DNA from: Eledone cirrhosa
Taxonomy: Eukaryota
DNA length: 64,000 nt
Assembly: GCA_964016885.1 (NCBI GenBank)
Contig: OZ024741.1
Location: forward strand, 385,950,001-386,014,000
Direction: 5' to 3'
A model generated the notes under the pieces. That model saw nothing but the letters and a program-made list of their open reading frames with translations, was not told the origin of the DNA and did not search any database. Position numbers and translations under genes: made by a program. This document shows, piece after piece, positions 12,601-24,689 of this stretch. The stretch's first letter is position 1, and every line of letters begins with the position of its first letter.

Positions 12601-12949
12601 ATTTATTTAAAAGCATTGCTGTGTGTATCCAGTTAAGAACAGGTCACCATATTTTTGCATGTTGTCAGAGGTGACAGGAAAGGTTGGCATCAGGAAGGGC
12701 ATCCAACGGTAAAACATCACCTCAAAAAGGATCCCATGAAATGAATGAGTATAGATCTTGTAATAAGGTTTCTAGATTAATCCCTACTTTAGCAGGGAAA
12801 GTAGTTGTAAATGCTCTATATAATTTTATGTAAGAACTTTTGTTATGTTCCAAACATCAACTTAATGAAGAAATTAGTTATATTACTAAATCTCTATAAA
12901 CTCTTCATTATTTAAAAAATTATTTGAAACTCATGAGCAATGTCTTTCG

Positions 12950-13150
12950 TTGGTAGATTGGCAGAATTGATAGTGTCGGACACCATGTTTCATGACATAT
13001 AGTTACGTCACTTTGTTCTAATTTCAAATCCTGCCGTAGGTTAGTTTTGCCTTTCATCCATATAGGGCCGATAAAATAAAGTACCAGTAACGCATTGGGG
13101 TTAATTTCCCCTCCCTCCAAAATTGTTAGCCTTGTGCCTAAATTAAGAAC
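12950..13150 (+). mobile_element. tRNA SINE with Nin/Deu domain
   Basis: TTGCCTTTCATCC...GATAAAATAAAGTACCAG core. Confidence 0.75.
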
Positions 13151-13370
13151 CATTAGTAATATGGTAATGAAAGGGTTAAATGCCTAAAAATCTGAGTTGT
13201 TATTAATAATTTTTTAATTTTTCAGCCTATTAACCTCTTCATTAAAGATGTAAAGAATTTTAGAATATTTACATCTACACTACATATCAATCCATTTGAT
13301 CATTAACCAGCCTCAGTTATCTTATTTCAGGAAGTATTATAAATTATCATCATCATTATTAAGATTATTA

Positions 13371-13796
13371 CTAGATGATGGTGATGTCATCTTCTCCTTC
13401 TTTCTGTCACACACACACACACACTCTCTGAACAAATGGCGTTCCTTTTCTCTCTCTATCTATGTACATCTCTTTCACTTGGCACTCTCCCTCTATCTAT
13501 ATAGATGAGGGTGACATCGTCTTCTCCCTTTTTCTGTCACATGCATTCTCTCTCTCTAAACAAATGGCGTTCTTTTTCTTTCTCTATCTATGTACATCTC
13601 TTTCTCTTGGCATTCCCCCTTTCTCTATATAGATGAGGGTTAAGTCATAACTTTCTGTCTATCTACCTCATTCCATCACCTCAAAAACACACGATATTCC
13701 CTTTTCTCTCTCCATCTATGTACATATTTCTCGCTTGGTGCTGCCACTTTCTATATAGAGTGTGACAGACAGACAGCGTTCTTATTATAATATAGA
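13371..13796 (-). mobile_element. Putative non-autonomous Helitron with ~125-bp internal tandem repeats
   Basis: The minus strand starts A|TCTATATTATAATAAG followed by (CTGT)n and ends CTAG|T, with three diverged internal units. I see no clear terminal hairpin. Confidence 0.5.
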
Positions 13797-13798
13797 TT

Positions 13799-14525
13799 AG
13801 GGTGGTGGATTGGCAGTATCGGTGCAGCATCAGGCAACATGCTTTGCTGCTTAGAGTTATATCGCTTTATGTTCTGAGTTCAAATCCCACCAAGGTTAGC
13901 TTTGCCTTTCATCCTTACAGGGTCGATAAAATAAATGACCAGTAAGTACTGGGATCAATTTAATTGACTTTCCCCCTCTCCAAAATTGCTGGCCTTGTGC
14001 TTATTGTAGAATCAATTATTATTATTATTAGGAAACGATTATAAATGTAGTAGTTTGGTTGAGTCATTCGAGGGTGGGACATGAGTTCAAATCCCACCAA
14101 AGTCAACATTGCCTATCATCCTTCCAGGGTTGATACAATAAAGCCTCAATAAATTAACTTTCCCTCACGAAAATAGTGGCCTTGTGCCCAAAGTAGAAAT
14201 CATTTGGATTGGCAGTATCGGTAGAGGGTCGGACGCCATGCTTTGACGCATAGAGTTACGGCCCTTGCCATTCTGAGTTCAAATCCCGCCAAGTTAACTT
14301 TGCCTTTCATCTTTACAGGGTCGATAAAATAAAGTACCAGAGTACACTGGGTAATTGCTGGCCTTGTGCCAAAAGTAGAAATAATTATTATCTGAGTTCA
14401 AATCCCGCCGAGGTTAGCTTTGCCTTTCATCCTTATGGGGTCACTAAAATAAAGCACCAGTAAGTACTGGGGTCAATTTAATTGACATTCGCCATCCCCA
14501 AAATTGTTGGCTTTGTGCCTAAATC
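13799..14525 (+). mobile_element. Tandem cluster of four Nin/Deu-domain SINEs
   Basis: Repeated GAGTTCAAATCCC...GCCTTTCATCC...GTCGATAAAATAAAG...GGCCTTGTGCC units. Confidence 0.8.
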
Positions 14526-14597
14526 AGAAACCCTTCTTTTAGAATGAAATTATTTTTATTATTTTTTTTTTTTTTTTTTTTTGTGGTTGTATTGCAG

Positions 14598-14836
14598 ACC
14601 ATGCATGCACACTCACAGTTCTGCCTGAGTGGAGACAACACGTTAGAAGCAACAAAACATGCTATAGAATCAATTGCTAAAGAAGAAGCTGATGAACATT
14701 TTGTTCTCATTCTAAGTGATGCCAACTTTGAACGGTATGGAATCAGTGCAAGGAAGTTCTCAGAACTGCTCACTGAAAACAAGGAGGTGAATGCTTTTGC
14801 TGTTTTTATTGGATCCCTTGGAGATCAAGCTGTCAG
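14598..14836 (+). CDS. VWA8: VWA8 exon
   Basis: ttgcag|ACC...GTC AG|gtaag. Encodes TMHAHSQFCLSGDNTLEATKHAIESIAKEEADEHFVLILSDANFERYGISARKFSELLTENKEVNAFAVFIGSLGDQAV(R). 239 nt, ends in phase 2. Confidence 0.96.
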
Positions 14837-14951
14837 GTAAGAGTGACTCATCTATTTTAGCTACTATGGTTAAGGATTTTAGATTTCAGATTTCAATTTA
14901 ATACATCTCTTGCTTGCTTAGGATATTAAAGTTTACGGCTTCATTGCTACT

Positions 14952-15003
<52 letters not shown>

Positions 15004-15552
15004 ACACATTTATTTATTTATATCTTCATCATCATCATTTAACATCCATTTTCCACACTTGCATGGGATAGATGGATTGTTGCGTTATGAGACGGCTTGG
15101 TTTCTATGGCTGGATACTTCCTAACCCCAACCACATTACAGTGTGAACTGGGTGCCTTTTACTGTGGCACCAAAACGACCATCTTATATATATATGTGTA
15201 TATATATATATATGAAAAGATTCAGCATCCCGACGGCTGAGCTTCGGCTGTTTCGACAGCTAAATCCGAACTAAGCCACCAGTGTATACATATGTGTCAT
15301 CATTAACATCTTACCATTTAACATTTAACTTCCATGCTTACATGGGATGGATAGGTTGCAATATTGTGAGGTTAGACATATGTGTATGTGTGTATCATCA
15401 TCACAATGTTATAAAGGGCCTCCACTCTTTGTGTATAGTTCCTCCTCTCCAACATCATATTCTAGGCCCGTCTATAATTTATGAATTCATAAATTATATC
15501 TTGGAGATCTTTGTTTATTGTAGACGGGCTGAAATGATGGAGCAACCCTAAA

Positions 15553-16083
15553 TCATCATCATCATCATCATCATTATCATCATCGTTTAATGTCCATCTT
15601 CCACGCTAGCATGGGTTAGATGGGAGTTGTCCCACTTGAGGCAAAGTTGGTCAGGTGACTGTGTCTCGCTCGTATAGGACTGTCTGGCAGGTTTTCTATG
15701 GCTGGGTGCCCTTCCTAACACCAACCACATTTACAGTGTGGAACTGGGAACTTTTTACCGTGTTACCTATACGGCCACATTACAGCATGGACTGTGTTTT
15801 TTTTTGTCGTGACACCTACACGATCTCGATCTTGATCTCATTTATTTGGACTGGATGTTGTGGTACCAACTTTACAGAGAGAGGGTGGTGTTAGCGGGAG
15901 GGTGGGTAGGGGTAGTGGATTGGGGTGTATATTAGGTTAAGAGGTGCCTACTGACTGTAGGTTTCGCTTTGTACATAGGCAAGGCGGGTCTTCTGTATTA
16001 CTGCGTAGCGCCAAAAATCTCGGTCCAGTGACATTGTCTTAGAGAGGTACAAGTGTGTAAGGTCGGAATTTATCAAATTGTCC
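15553..16083 (-). mobile_element. 5'-truncated RTE (3' UTR plus last codons) with (ATC)n tail
   Basis: Homologous to 19501-19985 and 45401-45900. Confidence 0.85.
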
Positions 16084-16110
16084 TGACCTTACACACTTGC
16101 ACCTCTCTAA

Positions 16111-19100
16111 ATATAAATATGAATCAACATGTTTCCAGGCGACCATGCGAACCTTCATCATTTCAGATACAGAAAACATACGCCTACTCCAACCCCTGCA
16201 AATATCCACCCCCATCATCCACCTCTACTTCTGACAGCAAATACTCAAACTTCCGAATTGGCTCCATCAATGTGAGCACAATGGTAGGAAGAACAGGAGA
16301 GATTGTAGAGATGCTAGAGCGGAAGAAAATTTATGTATACAGAGTACAAGAGACTAGATGGGGAGGAGAGTCAACTAGACACATGTAGGCAAAAATCAGT
16401 GTTACAAATTTTTCTGGGTGGGAAATGACAATGGACTGGGGGGAGTAGGTATCTTATTAGCTGACAAATGGGTAGGTAAGGGAATCTCTGTAAATAGAGT
16501 GAACACGAGAATCATTAAACTCAGACTAGTCCTAAATAGAAAAGTGACCACAATTCTATTTGCATACACATCTCAATCTGGGTTGACAGACGAACTCAAA
16601 AATAGGTTTTACGAATCCCTAATGTACACCACTGTGCTAATGGGAAAAACTGTGGTAGCTTCTACAGAGTCCATGAAGGGTACGAGTTTGGCGCAAGAAA
16701 TGAAGGTTTCAAGCTCCTAGAATTCTGTGATACCAATGATCTATCGGTATGTAACACAAACTTCAAAAAACCCGATAACCACCTGATCACCTATAGATCT
16801 AGTAAACATGCTAGCTAGATAGATTTTATTCTTACCAGAGGATAGATAGAGTGTCGGTAGTAAACACGAAATCCTTCCCTGGTGAGGAATGCACCTGCCA
16901 ACATAACCTGGTAGTTAGTGACTTCACTGTTAGAGCTAGACAAACCTGGAGACAGAGGGCAACCTGGAGGAGAAGGATATGGAAGCTGAAAGACCCCCTC
17001 AGCCAGTAACAGATTTAGAGATATTTTGTTGATGCCTAAATCAGTAAAGAAGAACAGATAGAAACATTCAGTATAGAAGAGCATTGGGAGTTTCTGAAAG
17101 ATAATCTACTGAAGGCGACAGACAAGATCTGTGAATGGAGCAAGACTACAGGGGGAAGGAGAGTGACTTGGTGGTGGAACAATAAGGTAGATGTGACATT
17201 TAAGGCCAAGAGACAGGCATGGAAAAAAATGGAAGAACGGGGGAAGCAGAGTATACTACATAGAGGCCAGGAGGGAAGCTAGATGACAAGTATACTTAGC
17301 AAGGAGGGAAGCAGAGGATAAAAACCTCAAGCATGTTTTGCAGCATGATGACCAGAAACATGAGGTATTCAGGATTGCAAGGCAGTATGTTAGGTAAAAT
17401 TGTGATGTCATTGGTGAGAAGTGTGTCCGAGATTACAAAGACACACTTGCCCTCACAGATGCTGAAAAGAAAGCTGTGTGGACGAGCCATTATGAAAGAG
17501 ACTCTACCTCAAGTGGACCCTACAGAGGGCCCTGCCACACAAGTGTACTAAGTAAGGCAATTAGGGATATGAAGACCAGGAAAGCAGACGGTCCATTGGG
17601 AATACTTGCTGAGATGCTGAAAGCATCTGGATTGGTAGGTCACACCTTAACCACACGTATTGTAAACCAAGTAATACTAGATGGTGTCTTACTGAATGAT
17701 TGGCACAGCAGCATCATTGTCAACTGTTACAAGGGTAAAGGAGATGTACTAGATAGAGGAAACTATAGAAGCATCAAGTTGATGGACCAGGTCATGAAAG
17801 TAACAGAAAGAGTTACAGTGCAGCTGATTACAGATGGGGTAAATCTAGATGAGATGCAGTTTGGATTTGTACCAGGCAAAAGCACCACAGATGCTCTCTT
17901 CCTGATGAGGTAGCTACAGGAGAAATGCCTAGCTAAAAGTAAGCCATTCTACTTGGTATTTGTTGATCTGGAGAAAGCTTTTGACAGAGTACCCCATGCC
18001 ATAATCTGGTGGGCTCTTAGAAAACTAGGAATAGATGAATGGCTTGTGAAGGCTGGACAAGCAAAGTTAGGATTAACAATGACAATAGTGAAGAATTAAG
18101 CATGCAGGTTGGCATCTACCAGGGTTCTGTTCTTAGCCCTCTCCTGTTTATTATCATACAGAGGAGTTTAAAACTGGCTGCCCATTGGAACTCCTATTAC
18201 ACTCATAGTGCAATGTATGATGGAACTAGAGAAAAAATTCCAAGCATCGAAGTAGGGCCTAGAAAGAAGGGGGTCTTAAAGTCAACCTGACAAAGATTAA
18301 GGTCCTAGTAAGTAATGGCCTTGCTCAGTGTGTAGGAAAGATGTAGGCAGAAATTCCATCCTCTGCCCCATATGCAAACTATGGGTACACAAGAAATGTA
18401 GTGGGATCTCAGGAAGTTTAGCTAAAAATGTAGGTTTTATGTAGCCACTGCACCAGGACAGTAAGCAGCAAATGACCACAGGAAACAAACGCTATCTATT
18501 TCTTGGAAGATTCGGTAGATGCAGTAGACAGCTTCTGCTACCTAGGAGACCAAATTAGCAGCGGAGGTGGGTGTTCTGAAAGTACAATAGCCAGAGTGAG
18601 AATGAGATGGAATAAGTTCAGGGAGTTACTGAAAAGTAGATTGTATGATGCATGCATACGAACAGCAATGTTGTATAGTAATGAGGCCTGGGCGCTGTGT
18701 GCAGAAGACTTGCATAGATTAGAAAGAAATGAGGCTTGCATGTTCTGTTGGATGTATAATAGTAATTTACGTGAACGGCAAAGCAGAAATGAACTGAGAG
18801 AGAAACTAGGCATAAGAGGAATCAGATGCAATGTGCAGGAGAGGAGATTGTGTTGGTATGGACATGTGATGCATATGAAGAATGACAGCTGTATAAAAAG
18901 ATACAAAGCACTCAAAGTCAATGGAAACCCTGGAGTAGGGCAACCCAGGAAGATTTTGGATGAGGTGATAAAGCTGACCTTGCTCAATTGCGCCTCACAA
19001 AGACATTAACACAGGATCTCTGGCGTTATGCAGTAATACAGAAGACCTACCTTCCCATGGGTACTGGCTGAAGCTGAAGCATACACACATATATATATAT

Positions 19101-19500
19101 ATAGTATGTGCCACTCCGCCCAACCCTCCCACACATCTCTCATGAGGACAGGCTGTAATATACATCTAGTGAAGCCTCCAGCCTACACTGTAAGGTGGTG
19201 ATGATGGCGATACAACAAAAAGCGGCCAGTCCACACTATAAAGTGGTCGTGATGACGACACAGCAAAAAGCGCCCAGCCCACATTGTAAAGTGTTCATGT
19301 AGGTGTAATGACAAAAAGCACCCAGCCCACACTGTAAAAGTGGTTGCCATTAGGAAGGGCATCCAGCCATAGAAACCAAGCCAGAAACAGTTCTGTGTGA
19401 GCAAGACATACTCACCTGACACAACTTTCCTCAAACGAGACAACCTGTCTGACCATGCTAGCGTGGAAAAATGGACGTTAAACGATGATGATGATGATGA
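16111..19500 (+). mobile_element. Near full-length degraded RTE LINE (PHD-insert family)
   Basis: APE endonuclease (IGSINV, QETRW), RT (NYRSIKL, QFGFVPG, FCYLG), 3' UTR and (GAT)n tail, with many frameshifts. Confidence 0.92.
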
Positions 19501-20890
19501 TATCATCATCATCATCGTTTAACGTCCATTTTCCACGCTAGCATGGGTCTGGACGGGAATTGTCCCACTTGAGGCAAGATTGGTTGTCTTGCTCAGGACT
19601 GTCTGGCGGGTTTTCTACGGCTGGATGCCCTTCCCAACATCAACCACGTTTACAGTGTGTACTGGGAAGTTTTTACCGTGTTACCTACACGGCCACATTA
19701 CAGCGTGGACTGTGTGTTTTTTTGTCGTGACACCTACACGACCTCATTTGTTTCGGACTGGATGTTGTGGTACCAACATAACTTCACATTTAAGGGGGTG
19801 GTGTGGATGGGGATGGGGGTAGTGGGACGGGGTGTATTTTGTTAGAGGTGCCTACTGACTGTAGGCTTCGCTTTGTACTTAGGCAAGGCGGGTCTTCTGT
19901 ATAACTGTGTAGCGCCAAAGATCTCGGTCCAGTGACATTGTCTTGGAGAGGTATAAGTGTGTGAGGTCGGAATTTATCAAGTCGTCCCACGTTTTTCTGG
20001 GTCTGCCTACTCCGTGGCTACCGTCTATTTTTATCGCCCTGCACTTTTTTATACAGCTGTCCTCTTTCATGCACATCACGTGACCATACCAACGTAGCCT
20101 TCTCTCGAGTAAACAACATCTGATCCCTCTTATTTCTAATTTCTCCCTTAGTTTGTTTATGCTTTGCCGTTCACGTATGTTACTATTACACATCCAGCGG
20201 AGCATGCAAGCTTCGTTTCTCTCCACTCTGCGTATATCCTCTGCACACAATGCCCAGGTCTCACTGCCATGCAACATTGCTGTTCGTATGCAGGCATCAT
20301 ACAGCCTGCCTTTCATTTTTAGAGAGAACCCTTTAGCGGCCAATAGTGGTATAAGCTCTCTGAACTTTTTCCATCATCCAGTTCTGACTCTAGCTACTGT
20401 AATTTCAGAGCACCCTCCCCCACTGCTGATTTTGTCACCCAGGTAACGGAAGCTGTCCACTATTTCTATAGAACCATCTGTGCAATGGAATGAGCTAGTA
20501 TTCTGTGGGCACTTGCTGCTACTTATTGCACCAGAGCACCGGCCACATATAAAATCTATATTCTTAGTTAGGTTACCTGTGATCCCACTACATCTTTTAT
20601 CCAGCCATACTTTGCATTTGGGACATAAAATGGAGTTTCTGCCTACTCCTTTCCTACACACTGAGCATGGCCATTTCCCAGATGGGACCGGTGTCCTATT
20701 TTCCTTCCTACAAACTAGAACTTTAGTCTTAGACAAGTTAACTTTAAGGCCCTTTGATTCTAGGCCATGCTTCCATGTTTGGAATTTCTTCTCTAGTTCC
20801 GCCATTGATTTAGCTATGAGCGTTAGATCATCTGCATATAGGAGTTCCCATGGGCAGCCTGTCTTGAACTCCTTTGTTATAGCCTGAGTG
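19501..20890 (-). mobile_element. 5'-truncated RTE LINE, tail-to-tail with the preceding copy
   Basis: ORFs 20374..21006 and 19879..20343 show YADD, the PHD-like insert, FRYLG and RRLRWYGHV. Confidence 0.93.
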
Positions 20891-21007
20891 GCAATATATA
20901 TATATATATATATATGAAGGGATATATATATATGAAGATATATATATATATATATATATACATATAGTAATAATAAATACAAAGACCAAAATCCATATAC
21001 ATACATG

Positions 21008-21346
21008 GAGGCACATGGCTTAGTGGTTAGAGCATTGGCCTTGCATTCGAAAGGTTGTGAGTTTAATTCTCAGACCAGGTGATGTGTTGTTTCCTTGAGC
21101 AAGACACTTTATTTCACATTGCTCCAGTTTACTCAGCTGTAGAAATGAGATGATTGGACTGAGGTCCCTATCATTCCACTGCAAAGTGGACATGTAGGTG
21201 CCACGGAAAAAAAGCACCCAGCACTGACTGTAAATGAGGTTGGTGTTAGGAAGGGCATCCAGCTGTAGAAATCAAGCCAGAATCAGTTCCCGTCCCACCC
21301 TTGCAAGCAGGGAAAAGCGGACGTAAAATGATCATGATGATGATGA
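21008..21346 (+). mobile_element. Composite SINE: tRNA head, Meta-type core and RTE 3' tail
   Basis: The head has GGCTTAGTGGTT and GAGTTTAATTCT. The tail 21175-21346 matches the RTE 3' UTR at 44215-44490 and ends in (GAT)n. A second copy lies at ~23285-23530. Confidence 0.78.
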
Positions 21347-21513
21347 TACACACACACATATATATATATATATCAACTAGAAATTGATTGACATATATAT
21401 ATAAAATAAACATATGAAACAATCACAGGGAATAATTTGTAAAGTGTGTAAGCACACACAGCTAGGTAGGTAACTAATTAAAGTTTAACTAGAACTTCAA
21501 ATATAGGTATATA

Positions 21514-22140
21514 CTAGCAGTGGTACCTGGCGTTGCATGTGATAAAGAATTTTTGAATGCAGGCCCCCAACAGACCTAATCGTAGAAAAACTGCATGCCT
21601 GGACAATATGTAAAGAAAATAAACCGAATACTCTGATGGCTGGATAATCTTCCTCGATGAAGCAGGAAAAATGCAGGTTTTCACCTAATGCGGGCCCTAG
21701 GGGATCAAGAAAATGAATTTTTTTTATGTGCATAATATGCCTTGAAATTTCGTGAAAATCAGCCAGATGTAATGCCTCAAAAATGCCCTAAAAAGCTGAA
21801 AAAATGAAGTTTTTCACCTAATGCGGGCCCTAGGCATAAAAAAGTTGGATTTTCTTTGCTCACGGTATGAAGAAGAGACTGACTAATACATAGTTACAAT
21901 TTCAAGGAAATTGGTCTGACGTAACACCTCAAAAAACCCCTAAAAAGCTGAATAAATGTAGTTTTTCACCTAATGCAGGCCCTAGGGGATCAAAAAGTTG
22001 AATTTTATGTGCATAACACTCCCTGAAACATAAGTAATACACATGTAAAGTTTGAAAAAAATCGGTTGGGTACTTCTTGAGTTTTAGGGATTCAAACTCA
22101 TAGATACACACAGACACACACAGACAGACAGACATCCTCA

Positions 22141-22150
<10 letters not shown>
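21514..22150 (-). mobile_element. Non-autonomous Helitron with internal tandem repeats
   Basis: The plus strand starts a|CTAGCAGTGGTACCTGGCGTTGC (degenerate hairpin plus CTAG) and ends in (CAGA)n...GTTTTATATA. TTTCACCTAATGCRGGCCCTAGG occurs three times. Confidence 0.6.
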
Positions 22151-22202
<52 letters not shown>

Positions 22203-22579
22203 AACAGGGAAAAGGGGACGTAAAATGATGATGATGATGACTATAGTGATAACAGACCTTTGCAAGCCATATGGAGAAATGAACTGTTTAATGATATGTC
22301 TGTTTTAGCAGAGCAATTGTTGATCAGTGATAATAAGAATCTGATGTCACTGCAGGGTCAATGCATGCATCATTTATTTTTATCTCCACTGTTGGTGTGT
22401 GGTTAAGTCAAGTTGTACATTTGGTGTATTTGATATTGTTGAGAAATGATGCAGGTGTTCTGTTGCTATGCATACCTGTTTGAGGATAAGGGCTGTTAAC
22501 CCTACACATGCACAAGGTGGTCTTTGCAGGCTATCCTGAACCAGTGGCTTGAAATTGCCTAACAAAGCATTTCTCTCTA

Positions 22580-22830
22580 AAAGTGCAAAGTCTGTCTCGA
22601 GCCTGGAGGCTCATGAGGCCAATGCTTATCCCGGATTTCATGACGGGAAGTGACTAAGAGTATATGACTCCCTCCTGTATTGCTGGTATTTATTTTCAGC
22701 TGAATATACTGGAGCAATGTGAAATGAAGTGTTTTGCTCAAGAACACAACACACATCACAGTCCAGGAATCGAACTCATGGTATTATGATCATAAGTCCA
22801 ACACCCTTCCCACTTGACCACGTGCCTCTG
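22580..22830 (-). mobile_element. tRNA SINE (Meta-type core)
   Basis: Reverse-complement B-box (GGAATCGAACTC) and AAGTGTTTTGCTCAAGAACACAAC core. Confidence 0.75.
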
Positions 22831-23740
22831 TTAAGTCGGTTTTCCTTTCGATGAGTATTGCAGGTTGCTACAATGTACAGCATTTTACAATGGCAGAGTT
22901 GGCAGTTGTGCCCCTGGGGTGGGTGATATTGTGGATGTTGTTCCCAGATGAAACAGGATAGAGAGGTGGAATTTTTTGTTCTTGCACTTTAAGGAGTGCA
23001 TATGCTGGGTAAATCTGCATTTAAAATCATTGGCTCTTAGGCAAGGGTGGCTGGATAGGCAGGAATCCTCCCAGTGAACAGTTGGCAGGGTTTCAACATT
23101 GATAGGTTAGTGATAGAGTCTGCAATTCTAGAAGAGATGCTATCTAGACAGGAGTAGCTAAACCTTAATGTTACACCCACAAAACCCATTGGTAATGTAA
23201 AAAATCAAGTAAAAACTTGATGTGTGTGTGTATATATAAATATTTCTACAGCTGAGTAAACTGGAGCAATGGAAATAAAGTTCCTTGTTGTTTCCTTGAG
23301 CAAGGCACTTAATTTCACATTGCTCCAGTTTACTCAGCTGTAGAAATGAGATGATAGGGACCCCAGTCCCTATCATTCCACTGCAATGTGGTCGTGGAGG
23401 AGCAAAAAAGCACCCAGCACGGTTGGTGTTAGGAAGGGCATCCAGCTGTAGAAATCAAGCCAGAATCAGTTCCCGTCCCACCCTTGCAAGCAGTGAAAAG
23501 TGGACGTAAAATGAAATGATGATGATGAAATGATGATATATATTAGGAAGAGCATCCAGCCATAGAAACCAGATCCGTATGAGCATGATGTGGTCTCCAG
23601 ACCTGAATTGTTTCATAATGTGACAACCTATCTAATCTTTGCAAACATGGAAAAATAGACATTAAATGATAATGATGATGGAGATGATAAATATGTATTT
23701 ATATATATAACATATATATATATGTGTGTGTGTGTGTGTA

Positions 23741-24085
23741 TCAGGTCAGGTATCTGCCTGTTATTAGTACCATGTAAGCCAGTACAACCTGCTTCATGGT
23801 TGAGTGGTCGGCTACTAAACTGGCTCCTGTACCAGACCTTGGTCTAGTTAGAAAGATAAGTTGAACTACATCAGCACAACAAAAAAGAGCAGTTGAACTC
23901 CTCAGAGTCAACGGCCATCCACCCCAACTATGGGTTAAATAGCCTCACCAACCAGCAATTGGCCAAGCGTGGTGAATATGGCTACACCCCTGAAGACTTG
24001 ACCAAAACCAAACAGTAAGTTGTGGAAGTCAGCCAGGGAGGGGCTCCTCCAACAGGAATGAGAAAGCCCTGGATTAGATTGGATA
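23741..24085 (+). mobile_element. Non-coding, bipartite RTE-derived element (second copy)
   Basis: Collinear with 12247-12600; the 5' motif is shared with 57608-57690(-). Confidence 0.65.
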
Positions 24086-24689
24086 TATAGTGATGTGTGC
24101 GTTAGTGTGTAGAAAGCTAGACAATTAAATCTTTAACATGTTCTTGTGTAGGATATCTGATTAGATATCTATGGATCACTTACTTTGTGTTCACTGAAAA
24201 TTGGAGACATTTGATCATATATATTCACCGTAATAGCATATCATGCATTTCATAATCTCCATTAGCTTCACACACTAAACACACAAACAAGCACATACTG
24301 CCGTAATACATGAATTACTCACATGCATATGAATTTCTATACACATTCTACAAAGCAAGTAATTTAATCATTGTTCTCATTAAATCATACGGACATATAT
24401 CTAAGTGTGTATGTATGTGTGTGTGTGTGTGTGTGTATATATATAATAGTACTGATATTATAATATAGTTATAATTATAATATTAATGGGAGTAATTATA
24501 CTCATTTAAAGGGTGTTTTATAGCTCAATGCAATGAGGGGCATGTTGAGCTGTTATACATTAATAGTTTAAATAATAACCAAAAAGTTAAAGCATTTCTA
24601 CACTAAAAATTGTTTCTACCTGTATTGAATCACGTATAGAGAGTTATTTTATTTAGTAACTCATGGTTAGTACTCAATACAAGTGTCTT

